Below, one piece after another: positions 38,235 to 48,141 of a stretch of 64,000 nt of DNA (positions are counted from its first letter, which is position 1; the number at the start of each line of letters is the position of its first letter). A model generated the notes under the pieces. It was not told the DNA's origin, did no database searches, and was given only the letters and a program-made list of their open reading frames with translations. The stretch lies in NCBI GenBank assembly GCA_947474565.1, contig CANJIS010000009.1, forward strand, positions 2,178 to 66,177. Direction: 5' to 3'. Origin of the DNA: Alphaproteobacteria bacterium. GTDB taxonomy: Bacteria > Pseudomonadota > Alphaproteobacteria > Micropepsales > Micropepsaceae. A program made the position numbers and the translations under genes.

Positions 38235-39098
38235 ATGAGTGGCCGTGGCTTACCCGCGCTTTCCAGCGATGCCGGTCTTTCGCGCTATCTGAGCGAGATC
38301 CGCAAATTTCCGCTGCTGACCCCCGAAGACGAATTCATGTTCGCCAAGCACCTGAAGGAGCATGGCGACAAGGAAGCGGCGCACCGGCTGGTCACCAGCC
38401 ATCTGCGCCTGGTGGCGAAGATTGCCATGGGCTATCGCGGCTATGGCTTGCCGGTCTCCGAGATCGTGTCCGAAGGCAATATCGGCCTGATGCAGGCCGT
38501 GAAGCGCTTCGATCCCGACAAGGGTTTCCGCCTGGCGACGTATGCCATGTGGTGGATCCGCGCCGCGATCCAGGAATATGTGCTGCGGTCGTGGAGCATG
38601 GTGAAGCTCGGCACCACCGCGGCGCAGAAGAAGCTGTTCTTCAATCTGCGCAAAGCCAAATCCAATATCGGCGCGATTGAAGAAGGCGATCTTACCCCCG
38701 GCCACACGGCCACCCTGGCGGATCAGTTGGGTGTAACCGAGCGTGAAGTGACGGAGATGAACCGCCGCCTCACCGGGCCGGATTCATCGTTGAATGCGCC
38801 ACTGCGCAGCGAATCCGAAAACGAATGGCAGGACTGGCTGGCGGACGACACGCTGGACCAGGAAACCAGGCTGGCCGAGCGCGAAGAGCTGGGCGACCGG
38901 CATGCCTTGCTCACCAATGCCATGGACACGCTGACCGACCGGGAGCGCGACATCATCCAGGCGCGGCGGCTGCAGGAAGACCCGGCCACGCTGGAAGAAC
39001 TGTCGCAACGCTATGGCGTCAGCCGCGAGCGGGTGCGCCAGATCGAAGTGCGGGCGTTCGAAAAGCTGCAAAAGGCCATGTCGGCGGCAGCGGCTTAG
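38235..39098 (+). CDS. rpoH: RNA polymerase sigma-32 factor
   Basis: RpoH box QKKLFFNLR; SHLRLVAKIA; YAMWWIRA; SRERVRQIE. Confidence 0.96.
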   Translation: MSGRGLPALSSDAGLSRYLSEIRKFPLLTPEDEFMFAKHLKEHGDKEAAHRLVTSHLRLVAKIAMGYRGYGLPVSEIVSEGNIGLMQAVKRFDPDKGFRLATYAMWWIRAAIQEYVLRSWSMVKLGTTAAQKKLFFNLRKAKSNIGAIEEGDLTPGHTATLADQLGVTEREVTEMNRRLTGPDSSLNAPLRSESENEWQDWLADDTLDQETRLAEREELGDRHALLTNAMDTLTDRERDIIQARRLQEDPATLEELSQRYGVSRERVRQIEVRAFEKLQKAMSAAAA

Positions 39099-39143
39099 CC
39101 TCAGCCATGCTATAGTCTTGCGCACAATCGCAGGAGGCGCGGC

Positions 39144-39704
39144 ATGAATGCTTCACGGATCGGATTGGGCCTGGCCGCCGGGCTTGCCGCACTTTGTGCA
39201 GGCGGGGCGACGGTTGCCGCGACGTCCAAACCGCCCCTGCCCTATTACGATAAAGGCGCCTGCCCGTTTGAATGCTGCACCTATCGCGGCTGGACCACCA
39301 ACGCCCCGGTTGAGGCGCGGGCCGAGCCCAACGCGAAATCGCGGCTGGTGTTTCATCTGAACAAGAACACGCCCGTGACCGGTGTCACGGGCGTGGTGAT
39401 CACGGATCGCTTTGGTGTCATCCGGCTCACCAAGCCGGCCAAAATCGGTGACGGCTATATTCCGAAAAGGCCTATCGTGCCTTTGCGGACCGGCGATGAA
39501 CTTTACACGCTGCACTATGCCGGCGAAGGGTCTGTCCTTTTCTGGCACCAGGGCAAAACCTACGAAGAAATTCTCGACGACCGCGCCACCAGGATTGTCA
39601 GCCAGCCGCGTTACGTCTGGTGGGTGAAGATCAAGACGAAGGCGGGCAACACCGGCTGGACCGACCAGACCAAGCGCTTCGACAACATGGACTCGTGCGC
39701 GTAA
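39144..39704 (+). CDS. Hypothetical secreted protein
   Basis: aggagg RBS, signal peptide, CPFECCTY motif, WWVKIK..G.TGW C-terminus. Confidence 0.75.
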   Translation: MNASRIGLGLAAGLAALCAGGATVAATSKPPLPYYDKGACPFECCTYRGWTTNAPVEARAEPNAKSRLVFHLNKNTPVTGVTGVVITDRFGVIRLTKPAKIGDGYIPKRPIVPLRTGDELYTLHYAGEGSVLFWHQGKTYEEILDDRATRIVSQPRYVWWVKIKTKAGNTGWTDQTKRFDNMDSCA

Positions 39705-39706
39705 GC

Positions 39707-40219
39707 CTAAACTCTTTTTGAATCCTGCGTGCGGTCCGGCATGTTGCCAAGCGGCTCATTCTCTTCATTGAGCCCTTCAGTCTTGTCGGACTCATCGACA
39801 ATGCCTTCGTCGAACAACGCCATGCCATCTTCCAGATAGTCGCCCAGCAGCGGCAGGCCCATGAGATATTCGGCGGCACGCTTGCCATGCTCGCTGCGGG
39901 CCGTGGCAACCGCCTCGTCCCATTCCTCAATGTCGAAGGTGCCGCGCCCAAGCCAGGCCAGGGCGATCAGTTCCGCTTTTTCATCTTCGTTCAGGGCGCG
40001 AATGGCAGAGGTCAACTCCTCACCCGTGGCGTCGCCCGGCTTGTCCTGGAGAATATCGGTGGCCCCGTCATCGGTGGGATTGGAGCCACCATCGTCCGGA
40101 TTGGTGTCGGGGTCGCTGTCGCTTTCCTTGACGTCGAATTCCCGCGCCCGCTCAATGATAAAGGCGAGCTTGTCCGTGGAAATATCCAGGCTGGGCGATT
40201 CCGGGGTTTTCAGCGACAT
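39707..40219 (-). CDS. DUF3775 domain protein
   Basis: LAFIIERAREFD, LNEDEKAELIALAWLGRG, YLMGLPLLGDYLEDG. Confidence 0.85.
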   Translation of the reverse strand: MSLKTPESPSLDISTDKLAFIIERAREFDVKESDSDPDTNPDDGGSNPTDDGATDILQDKPGDATGEELTSAIRALNEDEKAELIALAWLGRGTFDIEEWDEAVATARSEHGKRAAEYLMGLPLLGDYLEDGMALFDEGIVDESDKTEGLNEENEPLGNMPDRTQDSKRV

Positions 40220-40248
40220 CTTTGTTTCACCTTGGTGTGCCAAAGAAA

Positions 40249-40273
40249 AACGCACGGGAACCGGCCCTGTTCC
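40249..40273 (-). promoter_or_regulatory. EcfG/SigT-type general stress promoter
   Basis: GGAAC-N16-CGTT, exact consensus, minus strand. Confidence 0.75.
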
Positions 40274-40276
40274 GTG

Positions 40277-40305
40277 TTGACGGGCGCGGTGCCCTCCCCT
40301 ATATC
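40277..40305 (+). promoter_or_regulatory. Sigma70 promoter of serC
   Basis: TTGACG-N17-TATATC. Confidence 0.65.
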
Positions 40306-40361
40306 GGCGCCGGGCCACACTCCCCCAACGGAGTGCTATCATTCTGGAAGGAATGAATGAC

Positions 40362-41519
40362 ATGACTGAAGTGACCAAACCGGCTGTGCGTCCCGCGCGG
40401 CCTTTTTTTTCGTCCGGCCCCTGCGCCAAGCGCCCCGGCTGGACCCCTGAAGCCCTGAAGAATGCGCTGGTGAGCCGGTCTCACCGCTCCAAGCCCGGCA
40501 AGGCCCGGCTGAAGGATGCGATCGACCGCACCCGCAAGATTCTGGGTGTTCCCGCCGATTATCGCATCGGCATCGTGCCCGCTTCCGACACCGGCGCCAT
40601 GGAAATGGCGATGTGGTCGATGCTCGGCCCGCGCGAAGTTGATCTCTATGCCTGGGAAAGCTTTGGCGAGGATTGGGTCACCGATACCGTCAAGCAGCTC
40701 AAGCTCAAGGCCGAAGTACACAAGGCCGGTTACGGCAAGCTGCCGGAACTGAAATCCACCAAGGATCGCGACGTGGTGTTCCTGTGGAACGGCACCACCT
40801 CGGGCGTCAAAGTCCCCAATGGCGATTGGATTCCCGCCGACCGCGAAGGCATCACCATCTGCGACGCCACCAGCGCCGCATTTGCGATGGACCTTCCCTG
40901 GGACAAGCTGGATGCCACCACCTTCTCCTGGCAGAAGGTTCTGGGCGGCGAAGCTGCGCACGGCATTCTGATTCTGTCGCCGCGCGCCGTGGCCCGTCTT
41001 GAGAGCTATACGCCCGCCTGGCCCATGCCGAAGATTTTCCGCATGACCAAGGGCGGCAAGGTCACCGAAGGCCTGTTCGAAGGCGAGACCATCAACACCC
41101 CGTCCATGGTTGCGGTCGAAGACTATCTCGACGCGCTGACCTGGGCGGAAAGCGTTGGCGGCCTCAAGGGCCTCATCGCCCGCTCCAACGCCAATCTGAA
41201 GGCGCTGGCGGACGGCATCAACGGCGGCGCGTTCGGCTTCCTGGCCGAAAACGAAGCCATCCGCTCCAACACCTCGGTCTGCATCAAGGTGGTGGACCCT
41301 TGGTTCGCCGGTCTGAACGAAGAAGCCCAGGCCGAAGCCGCCAAGAAGATCGCCTCTGCCCTTGAGAAAGAAGGCGTGGCACTCGACGTGGCCGGTTATC
41401 GCGCCGCTCCTCCGGGCCTGCGCATCTGGTGCGGCGCCACTGTGGAAGAAGCCGACGTCAAGGCGCTGACGCCCTGGCTGAACTGGGCGGTTGCCCAAGT
41501 CAAAGCCAGCGCTTCCTAA
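40362..41519 (+). CDS. serC: Phosphoserine aminotransferase (alphaproteobacterial type)
   Basis: [44 protein letters not shown]. Confidence 0.95.
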   Translation: MTEVTKPAVRPARPFFSSGPCAKRPGWTPEALKNALVSRSHRSKPGKARLKDAIDRTRKILGVPADYRIGIVPASDTGAMEMAMWSMLGPREVDLYAWESFGEDWVTDTVKQLKLKAEVHKAGYGKLPELKSTKDRDVVFLWNGTTSGVKVPNGDWIPADREGITICDATSAAFAMDLPWDKLDATTFSWQKVLGGEAAHGILILSPRAVARLESYTPAWPMPKIFRMTKGGKVTEGLFEGETINTPSMVAVEDYLDALTWAESVGGLKGLIARSNANLKALADGINGGAFGFLAENEAIRSNTSVCIKVVDPWFAGLNEEAQAEAAKKIASALEKEGVALDVAGYRAAPPGLRIWCGATVEEADVKALTPWLNWAVAQVKASAS

Positions 41520-41531
41520 GCTGCTGATACC

Positions 41532-41565
41532 AATCCCGGCGCGCTTTGGGCCGCCGGGATTTTTC
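41532..41565 (+). terminator. Terminator-like hairpin between serC and serA
   Basis: aatcccggcg...cgccgggatt followed by a T-rich tail. Confidence 0.65.
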
Positions 41566-41594
41566 CTTTCCCCTCTTTATTGCTGGAGTGACCC

Positions 41595-43169
41595 ATGAAG
41601 GTTCTCATCGCCGACAAGCTTTCCCCCGCCGCCGTCGCCATTTTCAAGGATCGTGGCGTTCCCGCCGATAACAAGCCGGGCATGACCAAGGAAGAGTTGC
41701 TGGCCTGCGTCGGCGAATATGACGGCATCGCCATCCGCTCGGCGACCAAGATCACCGCCGATGTTCTCAAGGCCGCCAAGAAGCTCAAGGTTGTGGCCCG
41801 CGCCGGTATCGGCGTGGACAATGTGGATATTCCCGCCGCCACTGCCGCCGGCGTGATCGTGATGAACACCCCGTTCGGCAACTCCATCACCACCGCCGAG
41901 CATGCCATCTCGCTGATGATGGCGCTGGCGCGCGAATTGCCGGAAGCCAATGCCTCCACCCAGGCCGGCAAGTGGGAAAAGAACCGCTTCATGGGCGTGG
42001 AAATCACCGGCAAGGTGCTGGGCCTGATCGGCGCCGGCAATATCGGCAGCATCGTCGCCGACCGCGCCCAGGGCCTGAAGATGCGCGTCATCGCCTACGA
42101 CCCCTTCCTGTCGGCGGAACGCGCCAAGGACATCGGTGTCGAGAAGGTGGAATTGAACGACCTTCTGGCCCGCGCCGATTTCATTACCCTGCATGTGCCG
42201 ATGACGCCGGAGACCAAGAACATTCTCTCCGCCGAAGCGCTGGCCAAGACCAAGAAGGGCGTGCGCATCATCAACTGCGCTCGTGGCGGACTTATTGATG
42301 AAGCCGCGTTGAAGGCGGCGATTGATAGCGGCCATGTCGCCGGCGCGGCGCTGGACGTGTTCGCGGTCGAACCGGCCAAGGAGAATGTGCTGTTCGGCAT
42401 GGAGAAAGTGGTGGCGACGCCGCATCTGGGCGCGTCCACCAACGAAGCACAGGAGAATGTCGCGTTGCAGGTGGCGGAACAGATTTCCGATTACCTGCTC
42501 ACCGGCGCCATCACCAACGCCCTGAACATGCCGTCTCTCTCGGCGGCGGAAGCGCAGAAGGTGGGCCCCTGGATTTCGCTGGCTTCGAAGCTGGGCTCTT
42601 TCGCGGGCCAGCTCACCGGCACCAGCCTGACGGCGGTGGAGATCGTCTATGAAGGCGTCGCCGCCCAACTCAACACCAAGGCCCTGACGTCCGCGGCCTT
42701 GTCCGGCCTGCTCAAGCCGATGCTGGAAGAGGTCAACATAGTCAATGCCCCCGTCGTCGCCAAGGAACGCGGCATCAAGGTGAGCGAAACCCGCCGTGAC
42801 CGCGAAGGCGCCTATGAAGGCTATATCAAGATCGTGGTGACCATGGGCGACACCACCCGCCGCGTCGCCGGCACCGTCTTCTCCGACGGCCGCCCGCGCA
42901 TGATCCAGATCAAGGATATCAACCTGGATTCGGAATTCGCGCCGCACATGCTCTATGTCGTCAACGAGGACAAGCCGGGCTTCATCGGCAAGCTGGGCAC
43001 CATCCTGGGCGACGCCAAGGTCAATATCGCCAACTTCACCCTGGGCCGCAGCGCCCCGGGCCAGGACGCGATCTGCCTGGTGGAAGTGGACGGCCAGGTG
43101 CCGGATGCCGTGATCGAAGCCATCACCAAACTGCCGCCGGTCAAAATGGCGAAAGCGCTCGCGTTCTAA
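41595..43169 (+). CDS. serA: D-3-phosphoglycerate dehydrogenase
   Basis: RAGIGVDNVD, GLIGAGNIG, INCARGG, TPHLGAST; C-terminal ACT domain. Confidence 0.97.
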   Translation: MKVLIADKLSPAAVAIFKDRGVPADNKPGMTKEELLACVGEYDGIAIRSATKITADVLKAAKKLKVVARAGIGVDNVDIPAATAAGVIVMNTPFGNSITTAEHAISLMMALARELPEANASTQAGKWEKNRFMGVEITGKVLGLIGAGNIGSIVADRAQGLKMRVIAYDPFLSAERAKDIGVEKVELNDLLARADFITLHVPMTPETKNILSAEALAKTKKGVRIINCARGGLIDEAALKAAIDSGHVAGAALDVFAVEPAKENVLFGMEKVVATPHLGASTNEAQENVALQVAEQISDYLLTGAITNALNMPSLSAAEAQKVGPWISLASKLGSFAGQLTGTSLTAVEIVYEGVAAQLNTKALTSAALSGLLKPMLEEVNIVNAPVVAKERGIKVSETRRDREGAYEGYIKIVVTMGDTTRRVAGTVFSDGRPRMIQIKDINLDSEFAPHMLYVVNEDKPGFIGKLGTILGDAKVNIANFTLGRSAPGQDAICLVEVDGQVPDAVIEAITKLPPVKMAKALAF

Positions 43170-43190
43170 AAAAGACTTTAGACAAAAAAG

Positions 43191-43222
43191 AAAAAGGCGG
43201 TCCGCAAGGGCCGCCTTTTTTT
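43191..43222. terminator. Bidirectional intrinsic terminator
   Basis: aaaaa-ggcggtcc-gcaa-gggccgcc-ttttttt. Confidence 0.92.
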
Positions 43223-43243
43223 CTGGAGCGTGCCGCGCGACGG

Positions 43244-43534
43244 TTAGCCCTTGGCCGCCCGCAGGGACTCATGGTGGCGGATCACTTCCTTCACCACAAA
43301 GGCCAGGAATTTTTCCGCAAAATCCGGATCAAGCTTGGCATCAGCCGCCAGCGCCCGCAGCCGCGCAATCTGGGCTGCCTCGCGCGAGGGGTCGGCGGGC
43401 GGCAGATCATGTTCGGCCTTATAGACGCCCACCGCCTGGGTGCATTTGAACCGTTCCGCCAAAAGATGGATCAGGGCCGCGTCGATATTATCGATGCTGT
43501 CTCTCAGCCGTAAAAGTTCTGGATGGGCGGTCAT
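43244..43534 (-). CDS. Chorismate mutase (type II, monofunctional)
   Basis: LRDSIDNIDAALIHLLAERF, K.E..LPPADPSRE. Confidence 0.9.
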   Translation of the reverse strand: MTAHPELLRLRDSIDNIDAALIHLLAERFKCTQAVGVYKAEHDLPPADPSREAAQIARLRALAADAKLDPDFAEKFLAFVVKEVIRHHESLRAAKG

Positions 43535-43708
43535 GGCGGGTCCCCTGTCTGCCCCTCATTAGATGCTGACTGGCGTTTGAGCAACGATCCCGGTTTGACC
43601 GCGTTCCCCTGGGCATAAGTCCCTGGAATTGCCCGGCTTTGAGGTCATTTTCCCGGTCGTCCCGATCATCTTCCGCCAAGCCTTGAAACAGGCTAAAGCC
43701 TTGCCCCC

Positions 43709-46312
43709 ATGACCATTATCGAGCGCATTGTCAGCTTTTGCTGCCGTTTCCCCGCCCTTATCCTGCTGGCGGGATTGCTGCTGAGCGCCGGGGCAGGCGT
43801 TTTCACCTGGCAGCATTTCAACATCAATACCAACAGCGAAGAGCTGTTCTCTGCCGATGTCGCCTGGCGCCAGCGCGAGATCGCGTACGACAAGAAATTT
43901 TCCGGCGAGACCGGCCTGATCGCCGTGGTGATTGATGGCGCCACCCCGGAACTGGCGGAAGACGCCGCCGCCCAGCTCAACAACCGCCTCACCGACAAAT
44001 TCCTGTTCCGCTCGGTGCGCCGGCCCGATGGCGGCGATTTTTTCAATCATAACGGCCTGCTGTTCCTGCCGCTGGCGGAGGTGGAAAGCACCACCAACCA
44101 GTTGTTCAAGGCCCAGCCCTTTCTGGGACCGCTGGCGGCGGACCCCTCCATTCGCGGCATCCTGGAGGGACTTGATACAGCCCTGATCGGCGTGGAAAAC
44201 GGACAGGCCCAGCTTTCCGATCTGGGAACGCCACTGTCGCTGTTCGCCGACAGTTTCAGCGCCGCCGCTGCTGGCAAAGTACAGTATGTGTCCTGGCGCG
44301 CCATGATGACCGGAGCCAAGCCCCGGCCCGAGGAATTGCGCCGCTTTATCGAAGTGCAGCCGAACCTAGATTTCAATGCCCTGGAGCCGGGATTGAAAGC
44401 TTCCACCGCCATCCGCGATGGCGTGCAATGGCTGGGCTTGATCCCCGAGAACGGCGTGCGCGTGCGGTTGACCGGCGATGTGCCGCTGCAGGATGAAGAA
44501 TTCCGCACCCTCACCGACCGCGTCTGGCTGATGGGCGGCGTGATGCTGTGCGGCGTGCTGCTTCTTCTGTGGCTGGCCGTGCATTCCTTCCGCATGATCT
44601 TCGCCATTCTGGCGACCCTGGTGATGGGCCTGGTGATGACCATGGCGATCGGCCTGTTGGCCATTGGCGTGTTCAACATCATCTCCATCGCGTTCATCGC
44701 CCTGTTTGTGGGGCTGGGCGTGGATTTCGGCATTCAGTTCTGCGTGCGCTATCGCTGCGAACGCTTCCATTTGAAAGATCTGGGCAAGGCCCTGGGCCAT
44801 ACCGGCCGCAGCGTCGGCGTGCCGCTGGCAATGGCGGCCGCCGCCACCGCCGTGGGCTTTTTCTCATTCCTGCCCACCGAATATACCGGCGTGGCAGAGC
44901 TGGGCTTTGTTGCGGGTGTGGGCATGGTCATGGCCTTCCTGGCCAGCATCACCCTGCTGCCGGCGATGCTGATGCTGCTGAAGCCGAACAATGAAGCCAG
45001 CGATGTCGGATTCGACAGGCTGGCCCCGCTGGACAAATACCTCTCCGACCGGCGCAAAATCGTGCTGCGCACAGCCGCCCTGGCGGGCACGGTAGCGCTG
45101 ATCCTGACCTTGTTCCTGAGCTTTGATTCCAACCCCCTCAATCTGCGCAGCCCCAAGGTAGAATCGGTTTCCACCCTGTTCGACCTGATGAAGAATCCCA
45201 ACACGTCGCCCAACACCGTGGCTGTGACGGCGCCTTCGCTTGCCGCTGCGGACGCGCTGGCGGCCAAGATTTCCGCCAAACCCCTGGTCGCCCAGGCACT
45301 CACCCTGTCGAGCTTCATTCCCGAGGACCAGGACCGCAAACTGGCGATTATCGCCGATGCCGACGGCATTCTGGGTCCCACCCTCAATCCCATCGAATTG
45401 ATGCCGCCGGTCAACGATCAGGTGATCAAGGAAAGCATGGCGGCCGCCGTGCCCAAGCTGCGCAAGGCCGCCGGCAACAATACCGCCAAGCCTGCCGCCG
45501 ATGCGCGGCGCCTGGCTGATGCGCTGGAAAAACTGGCGGCGGGCTCGCAGGACAACCGTGACATTGCCGGCAAGGCCTTGGTGCCGGGCCTGATCACCAT
45601 GCTGAAGCAACTGACGGATTCCATGAAGCCGCAGAAAATCACGCTGGACAATATTCCCGCCGAGATGAAGGCGGACTGGATCGCCAAGGACGGCACCGCT
45701 CGCATCCAGGTGTTCCCGAAGGACACCAGCAACGAACCCGCAGCACTGGGCGCCTTCAGCGATCAGGTTTTGAAAGTGGCGCCGGAAGCCAGTGGGGCGC
45801 CGATCACCATCCGCGAATCCGGACGCACCATCGTCAAGGCCTTCACCGAAGCGGGCATATTGTCGTTTATCGCCATCGTGATCCTGCTGCTGCTGGTGTT
45901 GCGGCGCGTGGGCGATGTGGTGCGCACCCTGGCGCCGCTGGTGCTGGCTGGCTTGCTGACTTTGGCAAGCTGTGTCGTGCTGAATTTGAAACTCAACTTC
46001 GCCAACATCATCGCCCTGCCCCTGCTCTTGGGTATTGGCGTCGCCTTCAACATCTATTTCGTGGTGGCGTGGCGAGCGGGCGCGAAAAGCTTCCTGCCTT
46101 CGGCGCTGACGCGCGCTGTGATCTTCTCGGCGCTCACAACTGCCACCGGTTTCGGCACGCTATGGCTGTCTGAACATCCCGGCACCGCCAGCATGGGCGA
46201 ACTTCTGATGATTTCGCTGGGCTGGACGCTGGTGACGACGCTGTTCGTTTCACCGGCCGTGTTGGGGCCGCCGCCGCCGCGCAAGGATCGCGGCGGAGAA
46301 GAGCTGGTTTAG
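43709..46312 (+). CDS. hpnN: Hopanoid biosynthesis-associated RND/MMPL transporter
   Basis: 867 aa; GLGVDFGIQF, GIGVAFNIY, HPGTASMG; located in the hpn cluster. Confidence 0.92.
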   Translation: MTIIERIVSFCCRFPALILLAGLLLSAGAGVFTWQHFNINTNSEELFSADVAWRQREIAYDKKFSGETGLIAVVIDGATPELAEDAAAQLNNRLTDKFLFRSVRRPDGGDFFNHNGLLFLPLAEVESTTNQLFKAQPFLGPLAADPSIRGILEGLDTALIGVENGQAQLSDLGTPLSLFADSFSAAAAGKVQYVSWRAMMTGAKPRPEELRRFIEVQPNLDFNALEPGLKASTAIRDGVQWLGLIPENGVRVRLTGDVPLQDEEFRTLTDRVWLMGGVMLCGVLLLLWLAVHSFRMIFAILATLVMGLVMTMAIGLLAIGVFNIISIAFIALFVGLGVDFGIQFCVRYRCERFHLKDLGKALGHTGRSVGVPLAMAAAATAVGFFSFLPTEYTGVAELGFVAGVGMVMAFLASITLLPAMLMLLKPNNEASDVGFDRLAPLDKYLSDRRKIVLRTAALAGTVALILTLFLSFDSNPLNLRSPKVESVSTLFDLMKNPNTSPNTVAVTAPSLAAADALAAKISAKPLVAQALTLSSFIPEDQDRKLAIIADADGILGPTLNPIELMPPVNDQVIKESMAAAVPKLRKAAGNNTAKPAADARRLADALEKLAAGSQDNRDIAGKALVPGLITMLKQLTDSMKPQKITLDNIPAEMKADWIAKDGTARIQVFPKDTSNEPAALGAFSDQVLKVAPEASGAPITIRESGRTIVKAFTEAGILSFIAIVILLLLVLRRVGDVVRTLAPLVLAGLLTLASCVVLNLKLNFANIIALPLLLGIGVAFNIYFVVAWRAGAKSFLPSALTRAVIFSALTTATGFGTLWLSEHPGTASMGELLMISLGWTLVTTLFVSPAVLGPPPPRKDRGGEELV

Positions 46313-46321
46313 GCTGCTAAC

Positions 46322-46939
46322 TCAGCCGGACAATTCCTTGTCCGCCAGAGCGTCAATCTTCTTGGCCAGACCCTGCGGGCCCGACGTGCTGAGGGTCGAG
46401 GCGAAGTCGGCGCGCTTTTGGGCGAGCTGGCTGATATTGCCGGCCAGATAGACATCCACGATCTTCCAGCCGGTTCCCACCTGGTGCAGGCGGTAATTGA
46501 ACGCGGTGGGCGCGCCGCTGGACGGCTGCAGCGTGGATTTGACGTATTTGTCGGTGCCGCGCTGGGTGACGTCGGGATCGACAACGAATTTCTCGCCGGA
46601 ATAGGAATTGAAGTTGCGGGCATAGTTGGCAACCGTCATGCGCTCAAACGCATCCACCAGAGTCTTCTGGTCGGCGGCAGAGATGGAGGCCCAGCTCGGG
46701 CCCACGGACAGCGCGGTCATGCCCTGCAGATCGAAATCCTGTTCCACCGCGGGCTTGAGCTTGTCGAAACGGGCCTTGGTGCCGCCGCTGGTCTTCATGC
46801 TGGCGGTGAGTGCGTCATAGAAATTCTGAACCGAAACCGCCGCCGGATCGTCGGCCGCCCAAGCAGGCAAGGTAAGGGCCGGCAAGGCAAAAGCGGAAAT
46901 CATCAGGGCGGCGGAAAAAGCCTTAACAGCGCGGTTCAT
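46322..46939 (-). CDS. hpnM: Hopanoid biosynthesis-associated protein, MlaC/Ttg2D family
   Basis: Signal peptide; WKIVDVYLAGNISQLAQKRADF. Confidence 0.8.
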   Translation of the reverse strand: MNRAVKAFSAALMISAFALPALTLPAWAADDPAAVSVQNFYDALTASMKTSGGTKARFDKLKPAVEQDFDLQGMTALSVGPSWASISAADQKTLVDAFERMTVANYARNFNSYSGEKFVVDPDVTQRGTDKYVKSTLQPSSGAPTAFNYRLHQVGTGWKIVDVYLAGNISQLAQKRADFASTLSTSGPQGLAKKIDALADKELSG

Positions 46940-47019
46940 GAAATGCCTCTTGAATATGCCTAGATCAAAAACGCACAAGCCGAAATTTTGCTGCGCCAAC
47001 AAGGCGAAATTAAGAAAAT

Positions 47020-47943
47020 TCAGGCTTCCCGGTCCAGCAGAAAGAAGGGCAGGCCCGACAGCTCCGGCGCCTTGGCAGCATACGGGCCAAGCGCCGCGAT
47101 GGCGGCATGGGCACGCTTTTCCGCTTCGGCGCGCGCGCCGTCCACTCCCAACAGGGTGACCAGGGTGGCCTTGCCCATATCGGCATCCTTGCCCACGGCC
47201 TTGCCGGTTTTTTCGGCCGTCGAGGTCACATCCAGCAGGTCGTCGGTGATCTGGAACACCACGCCCATTTCGCGGGCATAGGCGCGCAGCCGTTGGCGGT
47301 CTTCCGCCGCCGCATTGCCCAGGATAGGCCCGGCTTCGCAGGCGAACTCGAATAGCTGGCCGGTCTTGAGACGCTGCAGGTTGATCACATCGTCAACCCC
47401 GAATTTCTCGGTTGCCAGCATGTCGATCACCTGGCCGCCGATCATGCCATCATGGCCGCCGGCCTCTGCCAGCCGCGCCACCAGCGCGATGCGCACGGCC
47501 GGGTCGGGATGGGTTTTTTCATCCGCCAGAATTTCAAAAGCGACGGTGAGCAGCGCATCACCAGCCAGCACCGCGGTCATTTCGTCAAAGGCGATATGGG
47601 TGGTGGGACGGCCACGGCGCAGATCGTCATCGTCCATGCAGGGCAGATCATCATGCACCAGCGAATAGGTATGCAGCGCTTCCAGCGCAGCTCCGACCCG
47701 AAGGCTGTGGGCGTCATCCACCCCGAACAGCCGGGCGGAATGGAGCACCAGGAAAGGGCGAAGGCGCTTGCCGCCGGCGAAGGTGGCGTAGCGCATCGCT
47801 TCCTGCACCCGGCCCTGCGGGCCCTGGGGGCTGGGCAGCACCTGTTCCAGCACGGCATCCACCGCCTTGGCCGACTGGTTGATGGCCTGGGGCAGATCGA
47901 GGCCGGCCAAGGGTTCCCGGGCCTTTGTCTGGTCTATGGTCAT
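47020..47943 (-). CDS. ispA: Farnesyl diphosphate synthase
   Basis: GGKRLRP, YSLVHDDLPCMDDDDLRRG, FQITDDLLD, GKAVGKD. Confidence 0.9.
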   Translation of the reverse strand: MTIDQTKAREPLAGLDLPQAINQSAKAVDAVLEQVLPSPQGPQGRVQEAMRYATFAGGKRLRPFLVLHSARLFGVDDAHSLRVGAALEALHTYSLVHDDLPCMDDDDLRRGRPTTHIAFDEMTAVLAGDALLTVAFEILADEKTHPDPAVRIALVARLAEAGGHDGMIGGQVIDMLATEKFGVDDVINLQRLKTGQLFEFACEAGPILGNAAAEDRQRLRAYAREMGVVFQITDDLLDVTSTAEKTGKAVGKDADMGKATLVTLLGVDGARAEAEKRAHAAIAALGPYAAKAPELSGLPFFLLDREA

Positions 47944-48141
47944 GTCTGAGTGCCCCATTTTCCGTCCCTATGGCCGGATTGGCCCCCCAAATCAACCTTT
48001 TCCCACCCCTTTCCGGCAGACCGGCCATGCCGGGCCTATTTGGCCCTTTCAGCCCGGGGGTTGAATGGGCTATCCCGATGAAGGAAATTACCATTGTTGC
48101 GCTGCACTGGCGGGGGCCATCGGGCGCGTCGAAGGAGATTT

